A stretch of DNA of 63,986 bases. Origin: Microcaecilia unicolor (Eukaryota). The DNA lies in assembly GCF_901765095.1 (NCBI RefSeq), contig NC_044037.1, positions 104,487,279 through 104,551,264 of the forward strand, given 5' to 3'. Positions 47,060 to 59,722 of this stretch are shown here, piece after piece (position 1 is the first letter of the stretch; each line of letters opens with the position of its first letter). The translations under genes were made by a program, and so were the position numbers. Below the pieces are notes generated by a model. The model did no database searches, was not told the DNA's origin, and saw only the letters and a program-made list of their open reading frames with translations.

Positions 47060-49090
47060 TATTGAATATTTTTAATAGTAAATTTTGGTGTCAAGATGGC
47101 GTCCTGAACACGTTTGCTGCCCGATCGGAGCTGCCCGCTGGTTTTTCCTTTAGCAATTTTCCTATCCTAATGCCTCACACTAAAAGGAAGGGGACGGTAA
47201 AAGGCCAACTGCCGTTGGCCAGAACATCTTCCCCGATCCAGCAGACGATTGATCGCTATGTGACGAGTCTTCCACTAACCGGAACGGTTGATCCCGAGTT
47301 GAGAGCCATAGAAGGAGCATCGGCTCTCTTGGGGCCAGAGACATCATTATCACCACCGGATCTTAATCCTCCTCCATGTCCTGCGTTCTTTGGGTGAAGT
47401 ACAGAGGGCCAAACCAAATCGGAAGTCACTGGTGTTGGGGCCTTGTTCAGCAGCGTACCAGCCCAGACCACAGGAGAAGTGATCGGTGAACTTTTAGCTC
47501 CCAAGGAGATTTCACAGGAGTCTATTTGGAGAGCTATTCAGGCTTTAACAACATTTGTTTCAAAATCTGCCCAGGAAACTACTCTTCTCGTGAGTAAAGT
47601 TGAAACTTTGACTACCTCATTACCGCAAACTACTGAAGACCCATCTCTTTAACAAGGCATACCACAAAGATCAACAAATGTGAACTCCTATACATATATC
47701 CTGAACTGTCTTGTAATATTTGCTTGTTAAACTACTATCATGTTTTATCATTGTCATGTTACCCAAGATCCTTCTGTAATACCAAATGTATATTTTCTTG
47801 TGTACTACCACCATTCATGATGTATTATAAGCCACATTGAGCCTGCAAAGAAGTGGGAAAATGTGGGATACAAATGCAATAAATAAATAAATAAAAAGTT
47901 AACTAAGAGACAGTTAATTTTCTGACTACTTAACTTTTCCTATTTATTTAATCTCTCTATGTTACAATTTGCAAGTGAATCTTGTATAACTTGTAAAGTA
48001 TAAATAAAATTGTTGATAAAAAAAAAAAAAGAAAAAGTTAACTAATGCAACAAGAAGTTAAAGATTTAAAATCTTCTACTGAAATGTTAATCAAAGATAA
48101 AACTTTGACTTCTAGGAAGACTGAGCAAATAGAGAACTATAACAGACGATTGAATTTAAGGATTTTAAAATTTCCTATGACTACAGGAATTACCTCAACT
48201 GATTTCTTTAAAAAGTATTTGCTGGAAGTTTTACAATATCCTGCTACAGCTATTCCCCCGTTAAATAAAACTTATTATTTACTTTTACCCAGTGGCGTTC
48301 CTAAGGGGGCTGACACCCGGGGCGGATCGCCGATGCGCCCCGTCCCCCGGGTGCAGCGCCCCCCCGGATGCAGCGCGACCTCCCCCGGTGAAAGGACACC
48401 CCCCACGAAAGAACCCCCCCTGGGTGCACGCCGCTGGGGGGGTGCTGTGCGCGCCTGCCCTCCGTTCGTTCCATGCTTCTTCTCTGCCCTTGAACAGGAA
48501 GTAAACTTTAATTGTTTCATTCGTATGTGAGCAAGATATAAATGCTGTATTAAAATTATACTTTAAGAATTCCCTAAAAATCTTTTATGGACAGAGAATT
48601 TGGGTATTTCCAGATGTCACAAAGACTACACAAGATAGACGGAAACAATTTCTAGCTCTCAGAGAAGAGACAAAGGCGATGGGCGCAACATTCTTATTAG
48701 CCTATCCATGTAAATGCCTAATACGATATTTGGGGAATAAATATGTCTTCTTTATACCTGAACAACTTAATACATTTTTGGATATGAAAAAGCTTTCCAA
48801 TAAACCAAAGGAATGAGAGAAAAACTGCTGATTAAGTATAGATTAAGTGGGAACTACGGACAGGCCATATAATTATAACTTTTTTCCTCTTTTATTTTTG
48901 ATCTCCTCGTCTGTAGAACAAGCCCCCCCCCCCCCCCCAAATTGTGGACTAAGGAAGCGATTGAATGTGGGTTAACGAATTTTCAACTAAATTTTCTAGT
49001 GTATTTTTTTGTTATGGACACATTCTTTCTCTATATTTCTTTTTGCAAGTTAATGCTTGTAAAATGTTAAAATGAAATAAAGAAAATTAA
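47060..49090 (+). mobile_element. Second ORF1-only half-L1-like element. It is degraded (frameshifts) and interrupted by a truncated hAT MITE (48290-48506).
   Basis: ORFs 47053..47397, 47443..47652 and 48045..48530 (..EQIENYNRRLNLRILKFP..PPLNKTYY) and the frame at 48590-48830 (FPDVTKTTQDRRKQFLALREETKAMGATFLLAYPCKCL) are collinear with the ORF at 863..1792. There is an A-rich 3' end. Confidence 0.6.
48290..48506. repeat. Truncated copy (5' half) of the hairpin-containing hAT MITE subfamily.
   Basis: cagtggcgttcctaagggggctgacacccggggcggatcgcc... up to the first hairpin arm (ctctgcccttgaacaggaagtaaac). Homologous to 6714-7049 and 56610-56956. Confidence 0.55.
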
Positions 49091-49587
49091 ACATAGTAAA
49101 TTTTACTGGTGGAGTGATAGAACCAAACAGTGTTCCCAAGTCAGGTCCTGAAATACCCCACTTGCCAGTCACGTTTTCAGGATATCCACAATGACTATGC
49201 ATGAAAGAGATTTGCAAACAATGGAGGTTAGCACATGCAAATCAATCTCATGCATAGTCATTGTGGATATCCTGAAAACCTGACTGGCAAAGGGGTACTC
49301 CAGGATCAACTTGGGAAACACTGGTGTAAAAGGCACTTAAAGCTTTTCTTGTAGACTCTGTACAACCAACTTATACCCAAGTCCCTATGGACCACAACTT
49401 TTTGCCAGAAAACCTTCAGTGCATAGTAGAGCTGTACCACATAGCATATTTTACTATTTGGCTGAATACAAATAATGAAATATATTATTCAGCTTTAACG
49501 TAACAAATAGAAGAAGAAACACTTGAACACTGATTTCATTTTGATTTCAGTAGGGTTTAGCACAGTACAGTCCTGGATTATTTGTAC

Positions 49588-50113
49588 CAGGGGCGTATCT
49601 GCGTGGGGCCACAGGGACCTGAGCCCCCACAGATTTCGCCCTGGACCCCCCTACCGCCGTTAACCCTCCCCCGCCTACCGTCGTCAACCCTTTCCCCGAG
49701 GTCCGTTTCCTCCTGCCGGTTTTTAAAAATATTACTTCAGCTGGCGGGGGACCCCAACCCCCGCCAGCCCAGCCGAGATCTTGTTTGAGTTCTTCATCCT
49801 CGTGCTGTGAAAGCTGCATCCCTTCCAGATGGACGGAGTCTGACGTTGCAGCACGTCAGACTCCGTCCAACTGGAAGGGATGCAGCTTTCACAGCACGAG
49901 GATGAAGAACTCAAACAAGATCTCGGCTGGGCTGGCGGGGGTTGGGGTCCCCCGCCAGCTGAAGTAATATTTTTTTAAAAACCGGCAGGAGGAAGCTGAC
50001 CTTGGGGATAGGTGACGGCAGTAGGCGGGGCAGCGGCCGGGGGGGGGGGCTATAATGTGCCCCCTCACTCTAGCCCCTGCCCCCCCTACCGCCGAACCTC
50101 AGATACGCCCCTG
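49588..50113. mobile_element. hAT-like foldback MITE, full length. The entire element is one long palindrome.
   Basis: Termini caggggcgtatctgcgtggggccacagg.../...cagatacgcccctg. Perfect 8-bp TSD ATTTGTAC at 49580-49587 and 50114-50121. Central palindrome 49780-49930. Confidence 0.85.
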
Positions 50114-52319
50114 ATTTGTACTTGAATTTAAATCACTGTTCAGCAGAATACAAATAATGTATTCGGGGCCAAATCGAATACGAATATTTGATACAGCCTA
50201 GTGCATAGGTCCTTAAGTATCTTACCAGACCAAGGTAGACATGGTGGTTTTCAGGGCTATGGAATTGATACACCAAACTTTTCACTCTGACTCCTCTATT
50301 TTTCTACTGTCCAACTCTGATCGATATTAGACTTTACATTTTTTTGTCCTGGATCTAAAGTATTGGAACATAACTTATATTTTCCAGTACTTTAGATCCA
50401 AAACAAATATATATAAGTATAAAATGATAAATTTACCATATATTATAAGTTTGTATTTTAAAGCTGGAGTTAGTACATTTTTACCGATGCCAATGCCACC
50501 CAAAATTGCTTTAGACTGACTCAGATGCTGTGACTCCAACTCTGACTCCACAGTCCTGGTTTTCAACTCTGTCCCGAAGGCATTCCTTACAAGTCTGTTT
50601 TTTAGGAAGGTCACATTGAATATTCATAAAATAAATGTGTATACACTCTGTCTCCAATATATGTAAATCTATTTCACACATATTAAAGATACCCTGACAA
50701 TCAGGGCAGGAGCAGGACCATGGGTAGGTAACAAATCAGGCACCATGAACACAAATATGATGAAGTTTTCAGGAATATGAACAAGATGGATCTACTTAAA
50801 CTGAAACGGGGGGGGGGGGGGGGGGGGGAATAAATCTCTCATATACATATTCAAGATCTTTGCCTCTGAGGAGTGAGAAGCTAAGGAGCTAAATCTTTGT
50901 GTGCCACATTCTGGTATGTACTGCTAAGGCTGACAACCTCTAATCTAAGGCATAACCTATGGCTTAATGATTTGGATGAAATCTGAGTCTGCAGTAATTT
51001 TATGGCTTTTGTGGAAAATCCTGTTTTTTAACCTGTGAATAAATAAGAAGTCATCAACAATCTCAGGATTCAATCTAGCTCTCCTGTCTTCCACAGTCCT
51101 TCCTGGAATAGAAGTTGTCTTCTTAGAAGATGTGCTGATAGCAGGATGTATAGGATCCCCCTTGCAAATTTTGCTAGTTGTGGCCAGTATGTTTGATTGC
51201 TTGTCCTAAAAATCTAAATATCTTTGTAGGCATCACTTAAACATAAATAACAGTCCAGTTCATTAACAGGCTTCAAAGTAGAAAATCAAACGGGGGCAAA
51301 GTTTGTCTCCATCCCTGTCCCGTCCCCGCCCCATCCCCACGAGCTCTGTCCCTGTTCTCATCCCCGTGTCATTCTCTAGTATGGGGAGACTGTTGCTGTA
51401 GGTGTTTAGAGCTATATCCCTGTCCTATATTATATTTCTGCTGTTTGCATATTATATTCCTTTTTTCCTTTTGTTCACATATGTATATTTTGTTGACCAT
51501 AGAGCTTGCTTTTTAGGTTTCTACAGCAGAGACATGGTACTATGATATTTCATTTACAACCGGCTGGAACTCCTTTCTTACTTCTTCCCTTTTTGTATCC
51601 TCCCCTTCCCTTCACCAGCTTACTTTTTAAGTCCAGTTATCACTGCAATAGTCCTTAGCCAGGCTCATGCATCAGAGCTTATTCAAGTGTCCTGCAATCA
51701 GAGCCCTATATCCAGCATCACATTGCACAAGAACAATTCCCTCCCCCTACAGGAGCTGTAAAAACTTCTGCGGTATCAGGCATACCCAAGCATTGAACTT
51801 GGATCCTCTGCATACTAGTGCCTGAGCCATTAGGTAGCCCAGGAGAATAGACCGAATATGGTACATGCACTAGTGGAAGTCTAGATTCTCATTTTACTAC
51901 ATATGCACTAATTTCCTTCTGTGCCATCACTATTGATTAGAATGATATGAAATTGCTCTCTACTGTCATTGCAGGAGTTTTATGGCTGTGGTCAGTCAGC
52001 ACTATTACTGTAACATTTATTATTATTTTTTTTTTTAAATAAAGGCCTGCATGCAAGTGACTAAACCTTTCCATTTCCCACCATTTTATACCTGGTCCTG
52101 TACCACCTTAAACCATTGCCCAGAATACTGGAAATCTATGCACTGCTTTTCAGTTCTCATTACCTTTGCAAAACAGTGGAGCTTTGTCCCATCTGCAACT
52201 ATGAATGGGAGTTACCAGTAAATGAATAGTGAACTCATTTAGGGGGCTATTTTGCTAAAGATTAGCTCGAGTTATCTGCTGCAGGGCCCATTTTATTCCT
52301 ATGGGCCCTGCTGTAGATA

Positions 52320-52445
52320 ACTCGAGCTAATACTACTACTACTACTACTACTTGACATTTCTAAAGCGCTACTAGGGTTATGCAGCGCTGTACAATTTAA
52401 CATAGAAGGACAGTCCCTGCTCAAAGGAGTTTACAATCTAAAGGA
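52320..52445 (-). repeat. Isolated MIR-like SINE 3' tail with a (TAC)n/(GTA)n microsatellite. It is fused on its left to a truncated palindromic MITE (52253-52330).
   Basis: (tac)8 + ttgacatttctaaagcgctactagggttatgcagcgctgtacaa..gacagtccctgctcaaaggagtttacaatcta matches 9863-9960 and 10555-10680. Confidence 0.45.
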
Positions 52446-52879
52446 CTTAGTATGGGAGATTGTGATTAAGAAAAAGCTCTTATTTTTATTTAATCTCGTT
52501 CTCCATTTTTGCTCTATTCTTTTATTTTTTGTTTTTCATTGCTTTTTGCCTTTTCAGCTCTTGCATATGTTCCTCTGGAAAGGGTTTTTTCTTTCTTCTC
52601 TTTCTACACAGTAGTAGTCTGGCCTTCCTTCACAATACCTTGGTTCATATTATTTGTCTTCTCCTTTTCCTTTCACATATCTTCTCTCTGTCCTTCACAC
52701 CTATCCTATTGCTCCTTCCATCTATCCCTACTTTTCACACACTTTCTCCCTCCCTCCCCCCTCTATGTGTCTGCTCCAGCCATCATTCCATAAAGGTTTC
52801 CTGTACTTCTCCCTGTGAGCTCTGTGTGGCAGTAGCAATAAAATCACAGCTTGAGCCATAAGACGCTGCTACATACTGA

Positions 52880-54590
52880 AGCATGATTTAGCAACAGAGC
52901 CCCACAATGGGCAGATGAGAGCCATAAGGAGCAGAAGTAAGGGCAGTTCAGCAAACTGAAGAGTAGCAAATCTCCTGGACCGGATGGTATTCATCCTAGA
53001 GTACTAATAGAACTGAAAAATGAGCTTGCCGAGCTTCTGTTAGTGATATGCAATTTATCCTTAAAATCGGGCATGGTACCGGAAGATTGGAGGGTGGCCG
53101 ATGTAACGCTGATTTTTAAAAAAGGTTCCAGGGGAGATCCGGGAAATTATAGACCGGTGAGTCTGGCGTCGGTGCCAGGGAAAATGGTAGAGGCTATTAT
53201 TAAGAACAAAATTACAGAGTACATCCAAGGACATGGATTACTGAGGCCAAGTCAGCACGGCTTTAGTGTGGGGAAATCTTGCCTGACCAATTTACTTCAA
53301 TTCTTTGAAGGAGTAAACAAACATGTGGACAAAGGGGAGCCAGTTGATATTGTGTATCTGGATTTTCAAAAGACGTTTGATAAGGTACCTCATGAAAGGC
53401 TACAGAGGAAATTGGAGGGTCATGGGATAGGAGGAAATTTCCTATTGTGGATTAAAAACTGGTTGAAGGAAAGGAAACAGAGAGTGGGGTTAAATGGGCA
53501 GTATTCACAATGGAGAAGGGTAGTTAGTGGGGTTCCTCAGGGGTTAGTGCTAGGACTGCTGCTTTTTAATATATTTATAAATGATTTAGAGATGGGAGTA
53601 ACTAGCGAGGTAATTAAATTTGCTGATGACACAAAGTTATTCAAAGTCATTAACTCGCGAGAGGTTTGTGAAAAATTACAGAAGGACCTTACGAGACTAG
53701 GAGGCTGGGCAGCTAAATGGCAGATGATGTTTAATGTGAACAAGTGCAAGGTGATGCATGTGGGGAAAAAGAGCCCGAATTATAGTTACGTCATGCAAGG
53801 TTCCACGTTAGGAGTTACGGACCAAGAAAGGGATCTGGGTGTCATCGTTGATAATACACTGAAACCTTCTGCTTAGTGTGCTGCTGCAGCTAGGAAAGCA
53901 AATAGAATGTTGGGTATTATTAGGAAAGGTATGGAGAACAGATGTGAGGATGTTATAATGCCATTCTATCGCTCCATGGTGCGACCGCACCTTGAGTATT
54001 GTGTTCAATTCTGGTCGCCGCATCTCAAGAAAGATATAGTAGAACTGGAAAAGGTGCAGCGAAGGGCGACAAAAATGATAGCGGGGATGGGACGACTTCC
54101 CTATGAAGAAAGACTAAGGAGGCTAGGGCTTTTCAGCTTGGAGAAGAGACGGCTGAGGGGAGACATGATAGGGTTATATAAAATAATGAGTGGAGTGGAA
54201 CAGGTGGATGTGAAGTGTCTGTTCACGCTTTCCAAAAATACTAGGACTAGGGGGCATGCAATGAAACTACAGTGTAGTAAATTTAAAACAAATTGGAGAA
54301 AATTTTTCTTCACTCTGGAATTCGTTGCCGGAGAACATAGTGAAGGCGGTTAGCTTGGCAGAGTTTAAAAAGGGGTTGGACGGTTTCCTAAAGGACAAGT
54401 CCATAGACCGCTACTAAATGGACTTGGGAAAAATCCACAATTTCGGGAATAACTTGTATAAAATGTTTGTACGTTTGGGTAGCTTGCCAGGTGCCCTTGA
54501 CCTGGATTGGCTGCTGTCGGGGACAGGATGCTGGGCTCGATGGACCTTTGGTCTTTTCCCAGTATGGCATTACTTATGTACTTATGTAGG
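52880..54590 (+). mobile_element. CR1/L2-clade LINE, 5'-truncated, with a near-complete RT domain and 3' UTR. It is the best-preserved copy of this family in the window.
   Basis: ORF 53043..53876 plus 53907..54353. Upstream, SKSPGPDGIHPRVL is in frame. RT motifs YLDFQKTFDKVPH, FADDTKLF, KCKVMHVGK. The 3' end ..cattacttatgtacttatgtagg is like 8990-9030. Confidence 0.85.
53043..53876 (+). CDS. CR1-like reverse transcriptase ORF (277 aa; partial, ends at a frameshift/stop).
   Basis: Six-frame ORF with RT motifs as above. Confidence 0.8.
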   Translation: MICNLSLKSGMVPEDWRVADVTLIFKKGSRGDPGNYRPVSLASVPGKMVEAIIKNKITEYIQGHGLLRPSQHGFSVGKSCLTNLLQFFEGVNKHVDKGEPVDIVYLDFQKTFDKVPHERLQRKLEGHGIGGNFLLWIKNWLKERKQRVGLNGQYSQWRRVVSGVPQGLVLGLLLFNIFINDLEMGVTSEVIKFADDTKLFKVINSREVCEKLQKDLTRLGGWAAKWQMMFNVNKCKVMHVGKKSPNYSYVMQGSTLGVTDQERDLGVIVDNTLKPSA

Positions 54591-54742
54591 TAAAACTAAT
54601 TATATAAAGTACTCCTTACACCTTAAATATCTTAAACTTATTTTATTCAAACTTATGAGGCTTATGTAGGTAAAGCCAAAAGCCAAGTAATCAGTTTTCT
54701 GTAAGCCTTCAGTTTTAGCAGACCAGAAAAACAGCCAACAAA

Positions 54743-54849
54743 GGGGGTCTTTTACTAAAGGTTAGCTCGAGTTATCTGCAGCAGGTCCCATTTTATTCCA
54801 ATGGGCCCTGCTGCAGATAAGTTGAGCTAATCTTTAGTAAAAGACCCCC
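54743..54849. repeat. ~105-bp perfect palindromic MITE (GGGGGTCTTTTACTAAAGGTTAGCTCGAG...).
   Basis: The two halves are exact reverse complements around the centre tcccattttattccaatggg. A truncated relative lies at 52253-52330. Confidence 0.55.
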
Positions 54850-55415
54850 TAAGCTGGCTGGTTTCTGCTGGCCATTGATTGCTCCCCAGTCTCTTTCTCT
54901 TTCCCCTATCCCACCCATAGTCCAGAATTTCTGCACTCTTTTTCCCTCCCAACACAGTCCAGAATTTCTCTCTCTCTCACACTCCCCTTTCCAGACCACC
55001 ATCTCTCCTGTATTTTTCCTTCATTTTCCTACAGTGCTTCAAGCTTGCTTTCATAGGCAGCCAGCAAGATAAACGAATAGGGCATCTCTAGGATTTAGCG
55101 TGCACTAAAAACACTACTGCGGCTTAGTAAAAGATCCTATTTTACAGAAACAAAAACTAAAAATATTATCCAAATAAAAACTATGAACCTTAACTCTTTA
55201 TTAAGGTGCACTAACACTTTTAGCGTGTGCTAAAAATTAGCACATGCTAATGATAGAGACACCCATATATGCGTGTCTCTAGCATTAGCGTGAACTAAAA
55301 ACGCTAACGCCTACAGCGCGGCTTAGTAAACAGAGCCCTAAAGAACTAGAATAAACGCTAAAACAAAGACTATCTATAACTAACAATAAGGCTAAAACTA
55401 AAATAAATCTACTAT

Positions 55416-56097
55416 AATAAAACGCACCCTCAACGTTCTGAAGACAACGTTCTGAAGTCACTCCACTCCGTGAAGGGTTCGACAGTTCATGGTGATGAAG
55501 CCATCCCACTCACCATGTCTCTCTGCCCCGCCCTCGCGTCAAAACGTGATGACGAGGGCAGAACAATGACAGTGAAGGGATCGCTGAACGAAAGGATCGC
55601 AACCAAGGAGTAAGCAAAGATCATTCAGAAAGAATACCCTGTTTGTCACGCGTCTGCAGGTGACTCCCCCCCCCCCCTTCCTTTTCCCCTTTTGCCGAAG
55701 CCAACGAGGATGTGACCAACCATCCCCGGCCTCAGGCAAGCCGTCTCCCACCTCGGGGATGCCCCGAGCCCCCGGAAAAAGATGGCGCTGCTTCCCGCAG
55801 CGCATTGCTTTTCCAGTGTTCCCCTCCAGCCAGCATGAAACGGAACTAACATACCAGTTCACCCCCCCCCCCCCCCCCCCCGATGGCTTGAGAACGTGCT
55901 CCTCTCTCTTCTGCCCACCTAAAACAACCATCCCCAGCCTAAGACAAGCCGTCTCACACCTCGAGGATGCCCCGAGCCCCAGCCCCCCAGAAAAAGACGG
56001 CGCTGCTTCCCGAAGCGCATTTCTGTTCCAGCGTTCACCTACCAACCACATGCTAGCGCCCGTTTCATTTGTTTTGGAAACGGGCCTTTTTTACTAG
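55416..56097 (+). repeat. Unclassified repeat family, copy 2 (same termini as 43643-44712). It has an internal ~150-bp tandem duplication (55716-55850 and 55925-56060) and C-homopolymers.
   Basis: 5' ataataaaacgcaccctcaacgttctgaagacaacgttctgaag...ctctgccccgccctcgcgtcaaaacgtgatgacgagggc. 3' ..tgctagcgcccgtttcatttgttttggaaacgggccttttttactagt. Confidence 0.5.
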
Positions 56098-56464
56098 TAG
56101 TTAAATAAATATACAAAAAATCCAACACTGAAGTTTACAACCCTAGGGATTTATAATGGCTAAATGGCATGCATGATTATCCCATCCCAAGACTCACAAT
56201 TTTAATTTAATACATTTAAGTAGTTTAATAATTAGGAAACAAAGTGTAGTACTTAAAGTTGTCTTTATGTTTTATAATTCAGATATAAAAAGCACTGACA
56301 GACCTTAACCCCTCTCTTTTTGGTTTTACTCATCCGGGTACATCACCCCCCCCCCCCCCCCCCCAATTGAGACTAATGACTTATTGTTTTGTAAATGTTT
56401 ACTTTCTTGATTTTTCATACTGTTTTCTTTAGTAGTTTCTGTTATAGTGTATTACAACGGAGCA

Positions 56465-57045
56465 GAGGAGCGGCCTAGTGGTTAGAGCACCTGTCTTGAC
56501 ATCCAGAGGTGGCTGGTTGAAATCCCCACAACTGCTCCTTGTGATCTTGGGCAAGTCACTTAATCATTCATTGCCTCAGGTACAAAATTACATTGTGAGC
56601 CCTCCAGGGCAGTGCTGTAGCGAGGGCTAATGGCACCCGGGGCGGGTCGCCGCTGTGCACCCCCCCCCCCCCCGGGTGCAGCACAGCACGACCCCCCCCC
56701 CCTCTGCGGCGCAGCCCCCCGGAGCACAAACACCCCCCGGACCGCATTCTTACCTGCGGGAGGGCCGATCCGCCCCGAGTGCACGTCACTCGGAGCTGCG
56801 TCGGCCCCGCCGGTTCCCTGCTCTCTCTGCCCTGGAACAGGAAGTAACCTGTTCCGGGGCAGAGAGAGCAGGGAACCAGCGGGGCCGGCACCCCCCAAGC
56901 GCGTGCACCCAGGGCAGACCGCCCCTCCTGCCCCCCCCCCCCTTCCTACACCACTGCTCCAGGGACAAGTACCCAACTATAACTCACCTTGAGCTACTAC
57001 CGAAAAAGGTGTGAACAAAATCCAAATAAATAATGTTTAGGGGAT
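56465..57045 (+). mobile_element. tRNA-derived MIR-like (CORE) SINE, split by a hAT MITE insertion (56610-56956).
   Basis: tRNA-like head with A box (ggcctagtggttagagcac) and B box (ggttgaaatcc). MIR CORE-like ..cttgggcaagtcacttaa..cattgcctcag..ttacattgtgagccctccaggg. It continues after the MITE as gacaagtac... Confidence 0.55.
56610..56956. mobile_element. hAT-like foldback MITE (hairpin-containing subfamily) inserted in the MIR-like SINE.
   Basis: Termini cagtgctgtagcgagggctaatggcacccggggcgg.../...ctacaccactg. Perfect 8-bp TSD CTCCAGGG (56602-56609 and 56957-56964). Central hairpin ~56815-56880. Confidence 0.7.
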
Positions 57046-57659
57046 TTCATAATGTCCTTGAAGTACATAATACTTGTTTCCTTTAGCTATGAGTCACAGC
57101 CAGTAGTTCAAAGAAACTTTTAGCACTTATTTTGTCACTTTGCACCTATTAGAACCTATACTCTTTCTTTTATACTGATTCAGGAAGGTTAATAGGCCTT
57201 TTTTTTGTTGTTGTCTACATTAAAGTGCTACTATTGTATTAACGTAAGCTATTCTATTTACAGCCCCCTGGCATTTTGCTTTATATTCTTTCACTTCTCC
57301 TCGTTGGGGTTACATTTAGAAGTAAAACCAGACGTAAAACCTAGCACAGACTGCAGTTGACAATCATTTCCCTGAGTGGAGCAGGACAGCTTCTAGTTAT
57401 GCTAAAATTAAGTAACAGGTCTGCACTACATTGGATTAACATGAGCAGTGCCTTCTTATTTTTAACTGCATTCTATATGCACGCTATACTCTAAACATTA
57501 AAATTTATGACAATGTACAATTTAGATTTAGGAATTATCTTCCCATGTCACCCTTATGCACAAGCTGCAGTTACTCATTGCCCTGTCATTTCACAACACT
57601 AGTGGGCAAGTTATTTTGCTCTCACTCAAAAATAGTTGCGTTATAATTGCACGCACAGA

Positions 57660-58930
57660 AACTGAAAAGTATATGTTGAAACCCTCTGCTCAGTGAGCAG
57701 CAGTAGCTAAGAGAACAAATAGAATGGTAAGTATTATTAGGAAAGGAATGAAAAACAAAAAATGAGAATGTTATAATGCCTTTATATCGCTCCATGGTGT
57801 GACCACACCTCGAATACTGTGTGCAATTCTGGTCATGCATCTCAAAAAAGATTTGTGGGGGGGGGGGGCATTTTTGATATAACATCTAAATCCAACTTTG
57901 GATGTTTACAGAAAAAGTTCAAAAATCCAGCAGCAAACACAGCCATTTTCAAAAATAGAAAAACATCTTTTTGTTTCAAAAATGGCTATTTCCTAGATGT
58001 TGTTGTGCTCAGTGTGTCTATCTTTACGGACCATGAAAAAAAAAAATCCAAATGAAAAACACACAGAAATCAAGGAATTCGGATGTAGAAGCCAGCATAC
58101 TTAGTAGACTGGCCACACAGATATCCCAGCAGAGCAGTGGGACACCCTAGGGGGTGGACTTCACTGCAGTGGACTTCACATAAAAAGTCCCAGGTACACA
58201 GCTCACTGTTACCACCTCATATTGTATGGGGAGCTCGCCAGAAACCCACTGTACAACACTACAATAGCCATTACTGCTGCAGTTTTCATCTCTACATGGG
58301 TACAGTGGGTTTTTGGTGGGCTTACACTTTCCACAAGTGCAACGAGTGGGATATGGGCCTGGGTCCCTTTCTCTACAGTTCACTGCACCAATAAGGCTAC
58401 TCCAGGGACCTGTCTGCTGCTCTAATAGGACTGGTCATAACATCTGATGCTGTCCTAGAGCTTGATATGTACCAATTCTTTCACGTCTTTGGGGGTTGGG
58501 GGTGGGGGTGGGAGAGGATCATTGACCACTAGAGGAGTAAGGGGGGAATAATTCCTTAATCCCTCCACTGGTCACCTGGTCAATTAGGACACCCTTTTCT
58601 GACTTATAAAAACAGGTTTAGACCAAAATGTATAAATTATAGCCCTGGATGTTTTCGTTTTGTTCCATTATGGCAGAAAAACATCAAAGTTTTGGGAACA
58701 TCTAAACCCCACCCCAGGCACACACCCCCTTGTGAACTGGACATATTGCAGATGAACTGCATAGTAAAACATCTTTAAACATGTGTTTCGAAAATAGCGA
58801 CTTGGACATTTTTCTGTTTCAAAGATGAGCCCCATAGCAGAATTAGAAAAGGTACAGAGAAGGGTGACGAAAATGATAAAGGGGATGGGATGATTTCCTT
58901 ATGAGAAAAGGCTAAAGTGGCTAAGAAGGG
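57660..58930 (+). mobile_element. CR1-like RT C-terminal fragment (57660-57850 and 58830-58930), split by a ~980-bp unclassified insertion.
   Basis: ..IIRKGMKNK..YNAFISLHGVTTPRILCAILV.. and ..ELEKVQRRVTKMIKGMG..YEKRLKWL match the 8372-8640 and 53907-54130 RT segments. The intervening sequence is unrelated. Confidence 0.5.
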
Positions 58931-59380
58931 CATAATCGAAAGATCATCCAAATACGAATTAGGACGTTCTTACGAAAGCATCCAAAAATAGACATGTAAA
59001 ACCGAAAAATAGTATGTGCGTTTTTCGATAAACGATTATCCCTGTAGCAAAACAATCAAATGAGGAGCGCATAAGCGTGACAAAATTGGGCGCCCTAACA
59101 CGGTCGATTATTGCAGGTGCAAACGACCAAATCAGAAAGTGTGTAAAAGAATGCACATAGGTGTACCGCAAGTACAGTACATGTTGTTCTGGCCATCTTA
59201 CTGGAAAATATGAGGAACGCGTATATGTGTCAACTACAGAAAAATCATGCTGCTCCACCCATACTTTCCTCATATGTGCCCATCTGCATGTCCGGATCTG
59301 CATGCACTGTACACCTACTGAACATGCAGCTATATGCATATTGTGTATATGTGAAAAGGGTCGGCTGCGTCATACTCATC

Positions 59381-59536
59381 TATATAAGGCCGCACACATA
59401 ACCAGGCATGTGCACGTCAAAGACGTCTATGCTTACGAGGGCATCCACGTGCTGATAGGGCCATATATGGGATGGTCATCCATATATGGAGCTGTGCATG
59501 AAACGACATCCCTCACGCAAGGTCGTCTATATAAGG
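59381..59536 (+). promoter_or_regulatory. Two copies of the TATA-like motif TC(A/G)TCTATATAAGGC (59381-59389 and 59528-59536) upstream of the putative Myb-like ATG.
   Basis: The exact TATATAAGG motif occurs twice, 147 bp apart. The proximal copy is only ~26 bp from the ATG. Confidence 0.3.
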
Positions 59537-59561
59537 CACTTGTTTTCCAACACGTGGAAAA

Positions 59562-59722
59562 ATGGCGCAGCGACGGGAGCCGAACTTCGGGCAGGAGGAG
59601 AGCCTGCTGCTGGTGCGCCTGTGCCTAAGGCACCGGCACAGGCTCTTCATACAACACCACCACCTGCCCCCCAGGCTCCAGGCCATGCGAGCCTGGTCCC
59701 GCATCAGGGACAGGCTTGAAAG
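59562..59722 (+). CDS. Putative exon 1 (ATG to GT donor) of a Myb/SANT-like (Harbinger-associated, NAIF1/Myb_DNA-bind_5-like) DNA-binding protein.
   Basis: MAQRREPNFGQEESLLLVRLCLRHRHRLF..LPPRLQAMRAWSRIRDRLER has the N[FW]..E...L...(hydrophobic)....AW..I pattern of Harbinger-associated Myb-like domains. It ends at ag|gtaagg. Confidence 0.4.
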
